A stretch of DNA of 64,000 nucleotides from a bacterium (GTDB lineage Bacteria; UBA8248): assembly GCA_963692865.2 (NCBI GenBank), contig OY843592.1, positions 576,001 through 640,000 on the forward strand, in the 5' to 3' direction. The stretch's first letter is position 1. Each line of letters starts with the position of its first letter. Both the position numbers and the translations under genes were made by a program. Positions 38,920 through 50,617 of the stretch are shown piece by piece. The notes beneath the pieces were generated by a model. That model searched no databases, was not told where the DNA came from, and saw nothing but the letters and a program-made list of their open reading frames with translations.

Positions 38920-39651
38920 TCAAGGCGAATCTACCGGCGGCCAGATGCGCTTTCCGGTGCTCGGGGATCCGGGCGCATGCACGAGGCTGCCCACCATCTC
39001 GCGCGACCACTCCTCGCTCTCCAGTTCTTTCTGGAAATAATGCTCGACGGAAGTGTCGAGATCGAACTCATAGAGCACGGCGTGCTTGGCCCATCCGCAG
39101 ATCGAGACCAGTTTGCGCATGCCCACACAGCCCTCCAGGGTCTGCATGCGCGGAAAGCGGAGCTGCACGTACCATGCGCCCATGCCCTCCTCGTTCTCGA
39201 GCGCGTTGCTGTTGAAGCTCCCCATCTGAATCCTGGGGCCCGGCGTGATGCCCGGGCCGCGCTGCGCTATCGCCGGGCCGTCGATCCGCCCCGTCTCTAC
39301 GAAGACGCACTCGCGCGCGCCCATGCGCATCCCCAGCATCTCGCGCTCATCCGGCCCCCGGTTTTCGGCCAACTGCGCAGGAGAGGGATTCAGGAAGGTA
39401 TGGACGCCCTCGGCGCCGAAAAGCACCAGATACCCGTTGCCGGCCGGAACGGAAGGGTCGTCCGTGTGCGTGAGGCGCCGGTTCACGTTCTTTTTGCGTT
39501 CTTCGCTCTTGTCGTTGTCCACGTGCGCCGCCCACAGATAACCCGAGCGTTCGAGCATCTCGGGCAGATGCACCTCGTGCAGCCATGCGATGTACTCGTT
39601 CGCCCCATCCTCGGGCAGGTCGTACCACGTCGCCCAAATCGCCCTGTCCAT
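38920..39651 (-). CDS. Hypothetical protein with two similar halves (EthD/DUF4286-like)
   Basis: EYIAWLHEVHLPEML and GAWYVQLRFPRMQ repeat units; family call is tentative. Confidence 0.65.
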   Translation of the reverse strand: MDRAIWATWYDLPEDGANEYIAWLHEVHLPEMLERSGYLWAAHVDNDKSEERKKNVNRRLTHTDDPSVPAGNGYLVLFGAEGVHTFLNPSPAQLAENRGPDEREMLGMRMGARECVFVETGRIDGPAIAQRGPGITPGPRIQMGSFNSNALENEEGMGAWYVQLRFPRMQTLEGCVGMRKLVSICGWAKHAVLYEFDLDTSVEHYFQKELESEEWSREMVGSLVHAPGSPSTGKRIWPPVDSP

Positions 39652-39677
39652 CAAATCCCTCCTTGCGCCTTTTGGAT

Positions 39678-41240
<1,563 letters not shown>

Positions 41241-41335
41241 CTCCGCCCCTCCTGCTCTCCCAAATGATGAAAAGGAAGGGTATCATATCAAAAGATATCC
41301 GGGGCTTATTATTTCACCGAAAAAAAGACCATGAC

Positions 41336-42499
41336 ATGAAACCGCTATCGCTCTACGTCCATATCCCCTTCTGCATCGCAAAGTGCGGCTATTGCGATTT
41401 CAACTCCTACGCCCTGGACACCCTGCTGGAAAAAGGCCGCGCGGGCGAGGACTGGACGCGCCGCTATGCGGATGCGCTGATAGAAGAAACGAAAGGCCGC
41501 CTCCAAGGGTTTTCCCTGGAAGACCGGCGGGTGAACACCATCTTCTTCGGCGGGGGCACGCCCTCGCTGTTCCCGGCGGAAGAAACGAGGCGCGTTCTGA
41601 ATCTTCTCACCGAATCGTTCGATCTCGCGCCTGATTGTGAGATCACCCTGGAGGCGAATCCCGGAGCCGCGGAGGCGGAGCGCTTCGGCGCGTTGCGCGA
41701 GGCGGGCGTCAACCGCATCAGCATCGGCGTCCAGACGTTCGATGATGCGGCGCTCAATAGACTCGACCGGGTCCACACGGGCGACGACGCGGAGCGCGCC
41801 TTCCGCTCCGCGCGCGAGGCGGGCTTCGCCAACGTCTCGCTCGATCTCATGTTCGGCATCCCGTATCAAACGATCCCCATGGCGGCGCGAGACATCGAGC
41901 GCGCCATCGCCCTCGGCCCCGAGCACCTCTCCGCCTACGAACTGACCATAGAACCCGGCACGGCGTTCCACGCGCGGCAGGCGCGGGGGGAGTTGAACGG
42001 CCTCCCGGACGAGGAGACGGCGCTCCGCATGTGGGAACTCAGGGATTCCGTCCTCGCCGAGTCCGGTTACGAGCGCTACGAGATCAGCAACTTCGCAAGG
42101 CCCGGTTTCGCCTGCATGCACAACCTGAACTACTGGCGGCGGGGGGACTATCTGGGAATCGGAGCGGGAGCGCATTCGCTTCTGGAGGGGCGGCGTTTCT
42201 GGAACCACGCCAGGCCCGACGTCTATGCGCAGAACGCGAGCGATCCCACCGCGAACTTCGAGCGCGTGGATGAACCGGAAAAAGCGCTCGGCGAGGCCTT
42301 GATGCTCGGCCTGCGCATGAGGGAGGGCGTTTCGCTCGAACGAATCGCGCGAGAATGCGGCGCGGACCCGGAAGTCGCGTTCGGGGAGTTGTTTGAAGAG
42401 TTGGAGAGTTCCGGCCTGGTGGCGAGGGAGAACGGAAGCCTCCGTCTTTCGGAGGAGGGAACCCTGCTGGCCAACCGGGTCCTGGCGAAATTTCTATAG
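41336..42499 (+). CDS. hemW: Radical SAM heme chaperone
   Basis: YVHIPFCIAKCGYCDFNS, GGGTPS, YEISNFA, HNLNYW. Confidence 0.93.
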   Translation: MKPLSLYVHIPFCIAKCGYCDFNSYALDTLLEKGRAGEDWTRRYADALIEETKGRLQGFSLEDRRVNTIFFGGGTPSLFPAEETRRVLNLLTESFDLAPDCEITLEANPGAAEAERFGALREAGVNRISIGVQTFDDAALNRLDRVHTGDDAERAFRSAREAGFANVSLDLMFGIPYQTIPMAARDIERAIALGPEHLSAYELTIEPGTAFHARQARGELNGLPDEETALRMWELRDSVLAESGYERYEISNFARPGFACMHNLNYWRRGDYLGIGAGAHSLLEGRRFWNHARPDVYAQNASDPTANFERVDEPEKALGEALMLGLRMREGVSLERIARECGADPEVAFGELFEELESSGLVARENGSLRLSEEGTLLANRVLAKFL

Positions 42500-42505
42500 A
42501 GGAGA

Positions 42506-42931
42506 ATGCCCATGCCTCCCGTGGCGGTCATCGAAAAAATACGCGCTCCCGCCGAAGAAGTGTTCGGCTTCATCGGCCACGTGGAAACGCACCCTCGAAT
42601 CGCGGACTTCAGCCAGAGCGTCAAAATCATCTCCGAGCGGAAAACCGGCGTAGGCGCCCGATTCCACCAAGTCTACACGAACGGGGCCGAGCACGTCTCG
42701 GAGATGATGGTATGGGAGCCGTATAAAAAAATCGTCTGGCACAACTTCGAGGGCGACTCGAAAACGCCCGTGATGATCATCAGCTACTACTTCGAGGAAG
42801 AAGGCCCCTACACCCACATCCTACACACGGTCGAGTGCGACGAATACGAGAACCAGGCCAGGCACCGCGACGGCACGCTCCGAAACATCCGCGAACTCGC
42901 GAATTTGAAGAGGATTCTGGAGGGGGGGTAG
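42506..42931 (+). CDS. SRPBCC (START-like) family protein
   Basis: IRAPAEEVF...GVGARF...ELANLKRILE. Confidence 0.85.
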   Translation: MPMPPVAVIEKIRAPAEEVFGFIGHVETHPRIADFSQSVKIISERKTGVGARFHQVYTNGAEHVSEMMVWEPYKKIVWHNFEGDSKTPVMIISYYFEEEGPYTHILHTVECDEYENQARHRDGTLRNIRELANLKRILEGG

Positions 42932-42941
42932 ATCTCTGAGA

Positions 42942-43358
42942 TTATAGCTCCTTGGGAGATGACTCGTAGAATCTCAGAACTCGTGGCGTTGTATGTTCCG
43001 ATGATTCAAGCCCTTGGCGAATTTTCACTAATACCGCGTCGCTTACTCGCTCGTGGGGCTGAAGTAAATTCTTACGGACTCCTTCCGTAAGCTTGTTCGC
43101 CTCCTCGATTCGGGCCTTTGCGTAAACGACGAAACTTTTATTTTTCACGAACCTATGATCGCCGGCTTCCAGAACGCAGGCGGGATCATGATATTTATCG
43201 TCGTAAACGGTGGAAAGACTGACAAGCAGCACCTTCTGAACATCATCGCCCATCTCGTCGAATGGATTCGTAAGAACAACGAACAGGTGAAACCGATCAG
43301 GGTCATGATCGGGCCCGGATGGTATGAGGAGGGTAGCGCCTGGATATGGCAGGAACAT
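42942..43358 (-). CDS. Putative toxin (PemK/MazF-like fold suspected)
   Basis: HLFVVLT...LLVSLST...DPACVL..GDHRFV..SFVVY; 2 bp downstream of the Panacea gene; lower GC. Confidence 0.6.
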   Translation of the reverse strand: MFLPYPGATLLIPSGPDHDPDRFHLFVVLTNPFDEMGDDVQKVLLVSLSTVYDDKYHDPACVLEAGDHRFVKNKSFVVYAKARIEEANKLTEGVRKNLLQPHERVSDAVLVKIRQGLESSEHTTPRVLRFYESSPKEL

Positions 43359-43360
43359 AC

Positions 43361-43915
43361 TTAGATAGACTGAAAGATTCTATCGATCTTTATTTCATCA
43401 TCAATCACTTCGGATAGTCGACATGCCTCTTGCTCTTCATGTCCAAGAGCCAAAAAAACGTCTTTGTATGCAATTGGCAGTGATGTTCCTTGCGGGTCTT
43501 TCCACTCTGGAAAGGTGTGGGTGAAATCGCTTATTTTCCACTCGTCAAGATCACCGAATTCTTCCCAAACATGCTCAAGAATTTCCCTGTCGGCTTTGCT
43601 CAGCTCATCGAAATTTTCATCGCAAATCTTTCTTGCTAGAAGAATGTCATATCCCTGTCTAGGGGATATCCACGAATCCCAACCACCTTCGACGGAGGCG
43701 ATAGCCGCGCCATTGGCAAGGTTTAGCGTATTCGACAAAACCGGCCCATAATCCATCGAGACCATACGGTCGCCTGTCATCGGCATCCCGTAACGCTTCA
43801 ATGACTCTCGCTCGGCGAGATACAAAAGTTTCATCAGTTTGAGTAGCGCAATGCGGCCATCTTCACATTGAACAAAATATGCGGCCATTTGCGCGACTTT
43901 TCGATCATTAAACAT
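43361..43915 (-). CDS. Panacea-domain (DUF4065/SocA-like) antitoxin
   Basis: LKLMKLLYLAERE, YGMPMTGD, YGPV, FTHTFPEW. Confidence 0.88.
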   Translation of the reverse strand: MFNDRKVAQMAAYFVQCEDGRIALLKLMKLLYLAERESLKRYGMPMTGDRMVSMDYGPVLSNTLNLANGAAIASVEGGWDSWISPRQGYDILLARKICDENFDELSKADREILEHVWEEFGDLDEWKISDFTHTFPEWKDPQGTSLPIAYKDVFLALGHEEQEACRLSEVIDDEIKIDRIFQSI

Positions 43916-44105
43916 GAGGATGCCCCACAAGTTCGGGGAATAGTTTGTTGCCAACTTTCAAGGCGAGGTTGTTTGCCTCATATATAGCGAATTTACATGA
44001 TTTCGCTACACATCATACACACACATTGCAAATGTAACGGAAACATCGTGATGATTCAATTAACGATTTGAAGTCCTTAAAACCATGAAATATCAAATTA
44101 TCCTC

Positions 44106-45884
44106 TCACGAAACCTCCTCCCATTCCTCGCTAAGGCGTTTCCCCATATCCGGGTCGACGAGAATCGTCTCGTGCGCCCCGAGCAGCACCTGGCCGGGAC
44201 GCCGCCCCCTGGGTTTTCTCAAGCGTGAAAAGGGAAGGTAGGCGACGGTGAGCCTGGAGTCCGTCCGGCCCCGGCTGAAATAGGCCGCGAACGCCGCCGC
44301 CTGGGCGAGCGTTTCCCTATCCGGCTCCGCAGGCGGCCCATCGCCCCCGCGGCGCAGGAGAACGTGGCTGCCCGGGACGCCTCGCGCGTGAAGCCATGTA
44401 TCGCTCGCCCGGCCCACGCTTTTGAGCATCTCGTCGTTTCCCATCGCGTTCTTCCCGACGACCACCTCCCAGCCCGCAGGGGAGACGAACCGCCTGTAGG
44501 GCCTGACGCGCGCCGCCTGCCTGCCCTTCGGACGAGCGTCTCTCTCTGATTTTCTCTCTCTCCCCCGCCCGGCGTAGCCCACCCGGGCCAGCGCTTCCTC
44601 TACGCCGGCGACATCCTCGACCTCTTCCGCCGTTTCGAGATCGAACGCCAGAGCGCCGATGAACCTCTCCTCTTCCGCCATCTCCTGTAAGCGCGCCAGC
44701 CCGGTCGAGGCGCGGCGCTTGAGCTTCTTGTAGCGGCGGAAATACTTCTGCGCGTTCTCAGACGGCGTGAGCCTGGGGTCGAGCGCAATATCGATTTGCT
44801 CCTCCTCCGCGGAGAAGGACACGGCGCTCGCCTTCTCCTCCACCTCGCCCAGATGCGCGAGCAGAAGCTCTCCTTTTCTCATAACGTCTTCCGCCTCCCC
44901 GGCGGAGGCCAAGTCCCTTCGCACCGCCTCGATGGAGGAGCGCACCCGCTCCCCCGCGCGGCGGAGCATTTTGGAGACTCCTTTTTTTCGTTCATCTAGC
45001 CGAGTGTCATGGACGATACGTCCATAAAACGCATCCGCCGCCTCATTCATGGAGTCGAAAGCGCGGTATGAGGCCACATCCACACCTGCGATTCGGGCCG
45101 CGTTCAACGCATGAGGCTCGCCGTCCGCTCCCAGAAGCCAGGCGGGGGCGAACTCCCTTCGCCGGTAGCTCTCGACCGCGCCCATCAGAGCGTCCGCCGC
45201 GCCCGTCCACCCCTCATCGGCGCAAGAGGCGCCCGCCAGCTCCCGCGCAAGTGCGGGGCTCACGCCCGCGACCGAGCGAACCAGCCAGCGCGCGAACTCC
45301 TCCTGATCGGCGGAGCCGATATCCGCCTCGCGAATCATCTCCCGGAGCGCCTCTCTCGTGAGGCCCCCCGGATTCGCCTTTTTCTGCTCGGGCGGCAACC
45401 GGTAGCTGCCGCCTCTCTCCAGAGGGCGCGGCGTGTGGGGGCCGGGCGGAACGAATCTCTTGGCTTCCAGTATCTCGCCCGTCGCGCCGCCCAGGAGCAC
45501 GAGGTTGCTCCACCGTCCCATCACCTCCGCCATGAGCGCGAAGGAATCGCCGCGCCCGGAGCCGCCCCCCCGCTCGAAAGAGAACTGGAGCACGCGCTCC
45601 CACTCTCCCGCCGCCGCGCGGGTGAGGCGCAAGCCGCTCAGGCGTTTTCTGAGCGCGCGGCAAAACGTGGGCGCCTCCGGCAGGCTCGGGGGAGGGTCTT
45701 CGCACATGTGAACGCGCGGGTGCGCGGGGTCCGCGCTCATCAGGAGGGCGCGTTTTTCTCTTCTCGCGCCCGAGAAAAAGAGGACGATTGTATGCGCGTC
45801 GGTCTGGGAGACCCTCTCCAGGCGCGCGCCGAGAAGATTCTCGCTCAATTCCGCCGAAATCGCCTGAAGGACGAAAGTATCCAT
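44106..45884 (-). CDS. rqcH: NFACT family ribosome quality-control factor (RqcH/FbpA)
   Basis: MD start, FCRALRK, AEVMGRWSN, ENAQKYF..YKK, GKNA..ND, WLHARGVPGSHV. Confidence 0.93.
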   Translation of the reverse strand: MDTFVLQAISAELSENLLGARLERVSQTDAHTIVLFFSGARREKRALLMSADPAHPRVHMCEDPPPSLPEAPTFCRALRKRLSGLRLTRAAAGEWERVLQFSFERGGGSGRGDSFALMAEVMGRWSNLVLLGGATGEILEAKRFVPPGPHTPRPLERGGSYRLPPEQKKANPGGLTREALREMIREADIGSADQEEFARWLVRSVAGVSPALARELAGASCADEGWTGAADALMGAVESYRRREFAPAWLLGADGEPHALNAARIAGVDVASYRAFDSMNEAADAFYGRIVHDTRLDERKKGVSKMLRRAGERVRSSIEAVRRDLASAGEAEDVMRKGELLLAHLGEVEEKASAVSFSAEEEQIDIALDPRLTPSENAQKYFRRYKKLKRRASTGLARLQEMAEEERFIGALAFDLETAEEVEDVAGVEEALARVGYAGRGRERKSERDARPKGRQAARVRPYRRFVSPAGWEVVVGKNAMGNDEMLKSVGRASDTWLHARGVPGSHVLLRRGGDGPPAEPDRETLAQAAAFAAYFSRGRTDSRLTVAYLPFSRLRKPRGRRPGQVLLGAHETILVDPDMGKRLSEEWEEVS

Positions 45885-45925
45885 GAGCCACTCCAATCCG
45901 AGAACATCTCCTCGAAGCGCGCAAA

Positions 45926-45954
45926 TTGACACGCCCCGAGCGGAAAATTATTGT
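45926..45954 (+). promoter_or_regulatory. Candidate sigma-70 promoter of the yicC operon
   Basis: TTGACA-N17-TATTGT. Confidence 0.5.
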
Positions 45955-45998
45955 AGACTCTTTCAGGTGGGCTGTTAACGACGCATCACGAGGCGGAC

Positions 45999-46871
45999 AT
46001 GATAGACAGCATGACGGGTTACGGCGCGGGGGAGAGGCCGCTCGGCGAGGCTTCCATCGGCGTGGAGGCGCGCTCGGTGAACCACCGCTACCTGGAGGTC
46101 ACCTGCCGGGGGCCGCGCTGGTCGCTCGCTCTGGAGGGCGAAGTGCGCGAAGCGGTGAAAAAGCGCTTCTCCCGCGGCCGTTTCGACATCTATATCCGAT
46201 CGAGCGAGGAGGGGAACCACGCATCTCCCATCGACGCGGAAGCCGCAAAATCCCTTCTCGCCACCCTGAAGTCCCTGAAAAGTGAACTGGGAGTTGCCGG
46301 TGAGGTCGATCTTTCGATACTCACCGGTTTCAGGGACCTGCTCAAAAGCGCCGAGCCCGAACCCGATAAGGACGACCTTCGGGCCGTCCTGATGGAATCG
46401 CTCGGCGACGCGCTCGATGCCCTGGGCCTCATGCGCGAAAAAGAAGGCGGGGCGCTCGCGAAAGACATTCGCGACCACCTCATCTCGGTGAAGAAGGGGT
46501 GCCAGGAAATACGCGAACGCCTGCCCGAGGCGCGCAGGCTGCTCACCGTGCGGATGCGCGAACGGATTCTCGAAATCGCGGGCGGCGTCGATATGGACGA
46601 GGGGCGTCTGGAGCAGGAGATGATCTACGCCGCAGAGCGCGGAGACATCAGCGAGGAGCTCAGCCGCCTCGACAGCCACGTCGTCCAGTTCCGCGAGATG
46701 ATCGAGGGCGAGGGGCCCATCGGACGCAAGCTCGATTTCCTCACCCAGGAGATGAACCGCGAAGCCAACACGATTTCGTCCAAATCCATCGATCTGACTC
46801 TCACCCAGAGCGCGGTCGATTTGAAGAGCGCCATCGAGAAAATCCGCGAACAAGTGCAAAACGTGGAATGA
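45999..46871 (+). CDS. yicC: YicC/YloC family endoribonuclease
   Basis: SMTGYG, RSVNHRYLE, GRKLDFLTQEMNREANT, IREQVQNVE. Confidence 0.96.
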   Translation: MIDSMTGYGAGERPLGEASIGVEARSVNHRYLEVTCRGPRWSLALEGEVREAVKKRFSRGRFDIYIRSSEEGNHASPIDAEAAKSLLATLKSLKSELGVAGEVDLSILTGFRDLLKSAEPEPDKDDLRAVLMESLGDALDALGLMREKEGGALAKDIRDHLISVKKGCQEIRERLPEARRLLTVRMRERILEIAGGVDMDEGRLEQEMIYAAERGDISEELSRLDSHVVQFREMIEGEGPIGRKLDFLTQEMNREANTISSKSIDLTLTQSAVDLKSAIEKIREQVQNVE

Positions 46872-47449
46872 TGCAAAGCCGAGGCCATCTCTTCGTACTC
46901 TCCGCTCCTTCGGGAGCGGGCAAGTCCACGCTCATCGACCGCTCCTGCCGGGAGCTCCCCAACATCTGGCACTCGATAAGCGCGACGACGCGGCCAAGAC
47001 GCGACTATGAACAGGACGGGGTTCATTATTATTTCATGGAGCAGCCGCAGTTCGACGAGATGATCGCCGGAAACGAATTCCTCGAATGGGCGCGCGTTTT
47101 CGAGGAATGCTACGGAACGCCCGCCGAGGCGGTCGACGCGCATCTGGCCAGGGGAAACGACGTCATCATGGACCTGGACGTCCAGGGCGCCCTTCAGGTC
47201 AAGCGAAAACGAACGGAGGCGAGTCTCGTCTTCATCATGCCGCCCTCATTGGAGGAGTTGTCCAATCGCTTGAAGCTCCGGGCGACGGAAGCCGGCGAGG
47301 ACGCCGAATACCGGCTCTCAAAAGCGCAAGAAGAGATGGCGCAAAGCTATCGGTACGACCACGTCATCATCAACGACGACCTCGACGTCGCTTCTCAGGA
47401 GTTGAGAAGAATCATCCTGCAACACCGCGGGGAGGTTGATTCGCGATGA
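46868..47449 (+). CDS. gmk: Guanylate kinase
   Basis: SAPSGAGKST, SATTRPRR, DGVHYYF, FLEWA, DVQGA. Confidence 0.96.
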   Translation: MMQSRGHLFVLSAPSGAGKSTLIDRSCRELPNIWHSISATTRPRRDYEQDGVHYYFMEQPQFDEMIAGNEFLEWARVFEECYGTPAEAVDAHLARGNDVIMDLDVQGALQVKRKRTEASLVFIMPPSLEELSNRLKLRATEAGEDAEYRLSKAQEEMAQSYRYDHVIINDDLDVASQELRRIILQHRGEVDSR

Positions 47450-48684
47450 GCGAACACGCGCAGGCCCCCCTGACGGCCAAGAAAACCGTCCTCGGCGTAT
47501 CGGGCGGCATCGCCTCGTATAAATCCATCGATCTGGCGCGCCTGCTCGCACTCGACGGAGCCGAGGTGCGGACGGTCCTGACGCAAAGCGCCGCCTCTTT
47601 CGTTCAGCCGCTCCCTTTCGAGGTGCTCACGGGGGTGCCGCCCATCCAGAGGATGTTTCCGGTCGAGGGGGGCGGATTCACGGGCGACATGCCGCACATC
47701 TCCCTTTCGGACAGTGCAGACCTCATCATCATCGCGCCGGCCACGGCGAACATCATCGGAAAATTCGCGCAAGGGGTGGGAGACGACTTCCTCTCCACGC
47801 TCTTGTTGTCCGCCAAACCGCCCGTCCTCATCGCCCCCGCCATGAACCCGCGCATGTGGACGTCGCCCGCCGTTCGGGAGAACGTCGCCGCCCTGCGCGG
47901 GAGAGGCCACGTCGTCATGGAGCCGGGCGTCGGCCGAATGGCCCGCGCAGAGGAGGGAACCGGCCGGGGGCGCATGCCCGAGCCGGGGGAAATTCTTCTG
48001 GCCGCGCGCCGGATTCTGCTGCCCGAGGCGGACCTTTCGGGCATGAAGCTCGTGGTCACAGCGGGACCCACGCGGGAGAGGTGGGACGCCGTGCGTTATC
48101 TCTCGAACCGATCGAGCGGCAAGATGGGCTTCGCCCTGGCGGGAGAGGCCGCAAGGCGCGGAGCGGACGCCGTTCTCGTGAGCGGCCCCGCCACTCTCGC
48201 AGACCCGCCGGGCTTGCGCGTCGTCCGCGTGGAATCGGCCGCCGGGATGTATGAGGCGGTGAAGAACGAATGGGCGGACGCCCACGCCCTCGTCATGGCC
48301 GCCGCCGTGGCGGACTACCGCCCGGTCGATCCGTCGAGCCGAAAACGCAAAAAAGGGGACGGGCCCCTCACTGTCGAACTCGAACGAACGACGGACATAC
48401 TCGCCGAGCTCGGAAAGGACAAGGGAGGCAGGATACTGGTCGGCTTCGCCGCCGAAACCGACGAGGTGATCGAGCGCGCGAAGGAGAAACTCGCGCGAAA
48501 GGGACTGGACTTCATCGTGGCGAACAGGGTCTCGGGCGATGAGGACGCGATGGGCGCGAACACCTCGCGCGCCTGGATCGTCGACTCAAACGCGACAGAA
48601 GCGCTCCCCGTACTCGATAAAGGGGTTCTGGCGGGGCGCATCCTCGACCGACTCGCCAAAATATGGCAGAATACTTCGTCTTAA
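47446..48684 (+). CDS. coaBC: Phosphopantothenoylcysteine decarboxylase/ligase
   Basis: GGIASYK, APATAN, PAMN, TAGPTRE..D.VRYLSNRSSGKMG, GFAAET. Confidence 0.96.
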   Translation: MSEHAQAPLTAKKTVLGVSGGIASYKSIDLARLLALDGAEVRTVLTQSAASFVQPLPFEVLTGVPPIQRMFPVEGGGFTGDMPHISLSDSADLIIIAPATANIIGKFAQGVGDDFLSTLLLSAKPPVLIAPAMNPRMWTSPAVRENVAALRGRGHVVMEPGVGRMARAEEGTGRGRMPEPGEILLAARRILLPEADLSGMKLVVTAGPTRERWDAVRYLSNRSSGKMGFALAGEAARRGADAVLVSGPATLADPPGLRVVRVESAAGMYEAVKNEWADAHALVMAAAVADYRPVDPSSRKRKKGDGPLTVELERTTDILAELGKDKGGRILVGFAAETDEVIERAKEKLARKGLDFIVANRVSGDEDAMGANTSRAWIVDSNATEALPVLDKGVLAGRILDRLAKIWQNTSS

Positions 48685-48696
48685 GTCCACTTTACG

Positions 48697-49590
48697 ATGC
48701 GCCCGCCGGTCAAGACGATGAACCACCGCGCACAACTGGCCAGAGAAATACTCGGGCATCTGAGAAGCCAGCACGCCGCCGGCATTTCTTATGTGAGCCT
48801 TGGCCCTCCCCCAGAGGCGGTTGCCGAGGCGGCGCACCCCATGACGGCTCCACCCGCACGCGCGCCAGAACCTGAAACCGCGCCCAACCCCGAACAGCAG
48901 GCCCTGATCCCGCAAGCAGCACCCGCGCCCGCACCCACCCTGGCCCCGATGGCGAAGCGCAGGGATCCCGGTCCCGAACCGCCGTCCTTGCCCTTCGACC
49001 CGGACGCGGAGATGTCGCTCGTAGAACTCGAAGCCGCCGTGGACGGCTGCCTGCGCTGCAAGCTGGGGCCGGGCCGGACGAACCTCGTGTTCGGTGTGGG
49101 GAACCCGGCGGCGAACCTCGTCATCGTCGGCGAGGCTCCGGGAGCGAACGAAGACGCGGAGGGGATTCCCTTCGTGGGCCGTGCGGGCCAGATGCTGACC
49201 AAGATGATCGAAAACGTCATCGAAGTCCCGCGCCAGGAGGTCTACATCTGCAACATCCTCAAGTGCCGCCCGCCAGGCAACCGCAACCCGGAACCGGATG
49301 AGATCGACTGCTGCGAGCCTTATCTCCACAAGCAACTCGCCGTCATACAGCCCCGGCTCATCCTGGCTTTGGGTAAATTCGCCGCGCAGTGGCTGCTCCA
49401 GACGAAGACGCCCATCGGCAGGCTGAGGGGCAAGTTCGGCCGCTACCAGGGAATCCCCTGCCTCTCGACGTATCACCCGGCATATCTCTTGAGGAACCCG
49501 CGCGACAAGAAGGTGGTGCTCGAAGACCTGCTCAAGGCGAAGGCCGTCTATCACGGAGAGACGGAGGCGGATATCGAACTCTTCCGCTAG
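48697..49590 (+). CDS. Uracil-DNA glycosylase family 4 with Pro/Ala-rich N-terminus
   Basis: CLRC, GEAPG, PFVG, NILKCRPP.NR.P, TYHPA. Confidence 0.93.
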   Translation: MRPPVKTMNHRAQLAREILGHLRSQHAAGISYVSLGPPPEAVAEAAHPMTAPPARAPEPETAPNPEQQALIPQAAPAPAPTLAPMAKRRDPGPEPPSLPFDPDAEMSLVELEAAVDGCLRCKLGPGRTNLVFGVGNPAANLVIVGEAPGANEDAEGIPFVGRAGQMLTKMIENVIEVPRQEVYICNILKCRPPGNRNPEPDEIDCCEPYLHKQLAVIQPRLILALGKFAAQWLLQTKTPIGRLRGKFGRYQGIPCLSTYHPAYLLRNPRDKKVVLEDLLKAKAVYHGETEADIELFR

Positions 49591-49965
49591 GGGGTTGTTG
49601 GAAAAGTCCCTATTGGGCCGGGTTGCGAACAGGCGTGTAGGGGCCGCATATATGCGGCCCACATACCGAGCACCGGACGGGTCGCATGGTATGTCGGACA
49701 TATATGTCCGACCCTACACTCCTCCCCCGTTCTTTCTGGCCAATCGGGCGGACACGCAGGTCCGCCCCTACGGAAACCTCGCGTATCGGGACGACACGTA
49801 GGGGCGGATCGCAAACCGCCCCTACAAGATCGGCAGGTGGGCGAGATGGTTTTGTAGGGACAGGCCTCCGTGCCTGTCCTACCCTCCGTGGTTGTCCTTT
49901 GTCAGGACAGGCACGGAGGCCTGTCCCTACGGTGAACACTCTCGGTTGGGGCGACAACAACCCCC
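49590..49965. repeat. Mosaic island G: three GTAG REP doublets inside degenerate inverted ends
   Basis: GGGGTTGTTGGAAAAG directly after the stop codon; GTAGGG.../...CCCTAC pairs; GACAACAACCCCC at the right end. Confidence 0.75.
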
Positions 49966-49987
49966 TTCAGGCGAGGAATACGGCGGG

Positions 49988-50380
49988 CTATTCCGTCTCA
50001 TCCGGGTAGTTGGACACTTCGATCAGGTTCCCGTCGGGATCGCGAAAATAAAACGAGCGGATCGGCCCCGTCGCGCCGCTTTTCTCGCTCGGGCCTTCGA
50101 TGATCTCCACGCCGCAGCTTTCGACGTGCGCCATTGCCTCGTCCAAATCCGTTTTGGTGACGAGGCACACGTCCTCGGAACCCGGAACGGGCGGGTCGGC
50201 CTTGGGCTCGAACTCCGCTCCCGCCTGATGGAGATTTATCTTCTGCTCACCGAACCTCAGCGCGCGGCGGCCCCCCTCGAAAGTGATAACCTCCATGCCG
50301 AGAACTCGTGCGTAGAACGCACAGGTGCATTCTACGTCGCGCACGGTGAACACCATGTGGTCGAAGCGGTCGATTTTCAA
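49988..50380 (-). CDS. VOC family protein (YaeR-like)
   Basis: IDRFDHMVFTV, FYARVLGM, QKINLH, GATGPIRSFYFRDPDGNLIE; TTG start after AGGAG. Confidence 0.9.
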   Translation of the reverse strand: MKIDRFDHMVFTVRDVECTCAFYARVLGMEVITFEGGRRALRFGEQKINLHQAGAEFEPKADPPVPGSEDVCLVTKTDLDEAMAHVESCGVEIIEGPSEKSGATGPIRSFYFRDPDGNLIEVSNYPDETE

Positions 50381-50617
50381 GTGCGCTCCTAAATAATACG
50401 GTGGCGCGCCACGTTGTTCTGGCAACGTTTCAGGGATCGTTTTCTCGATTTTCAGGCAATCCCGCCCACGGAGCAACCCCCTGATGATGGCCTTTGCCTC
50501 GTTCCTCGGCGCCGGTAACGGGCGTTTGATTTCCCATGCGAAATATAAGATAAGGTCTTTGCGTTTTCGCCCAAAAACCACCGGAATCACCTGCCCGTGG
50601 AAACAGGAGGAGCGTCG

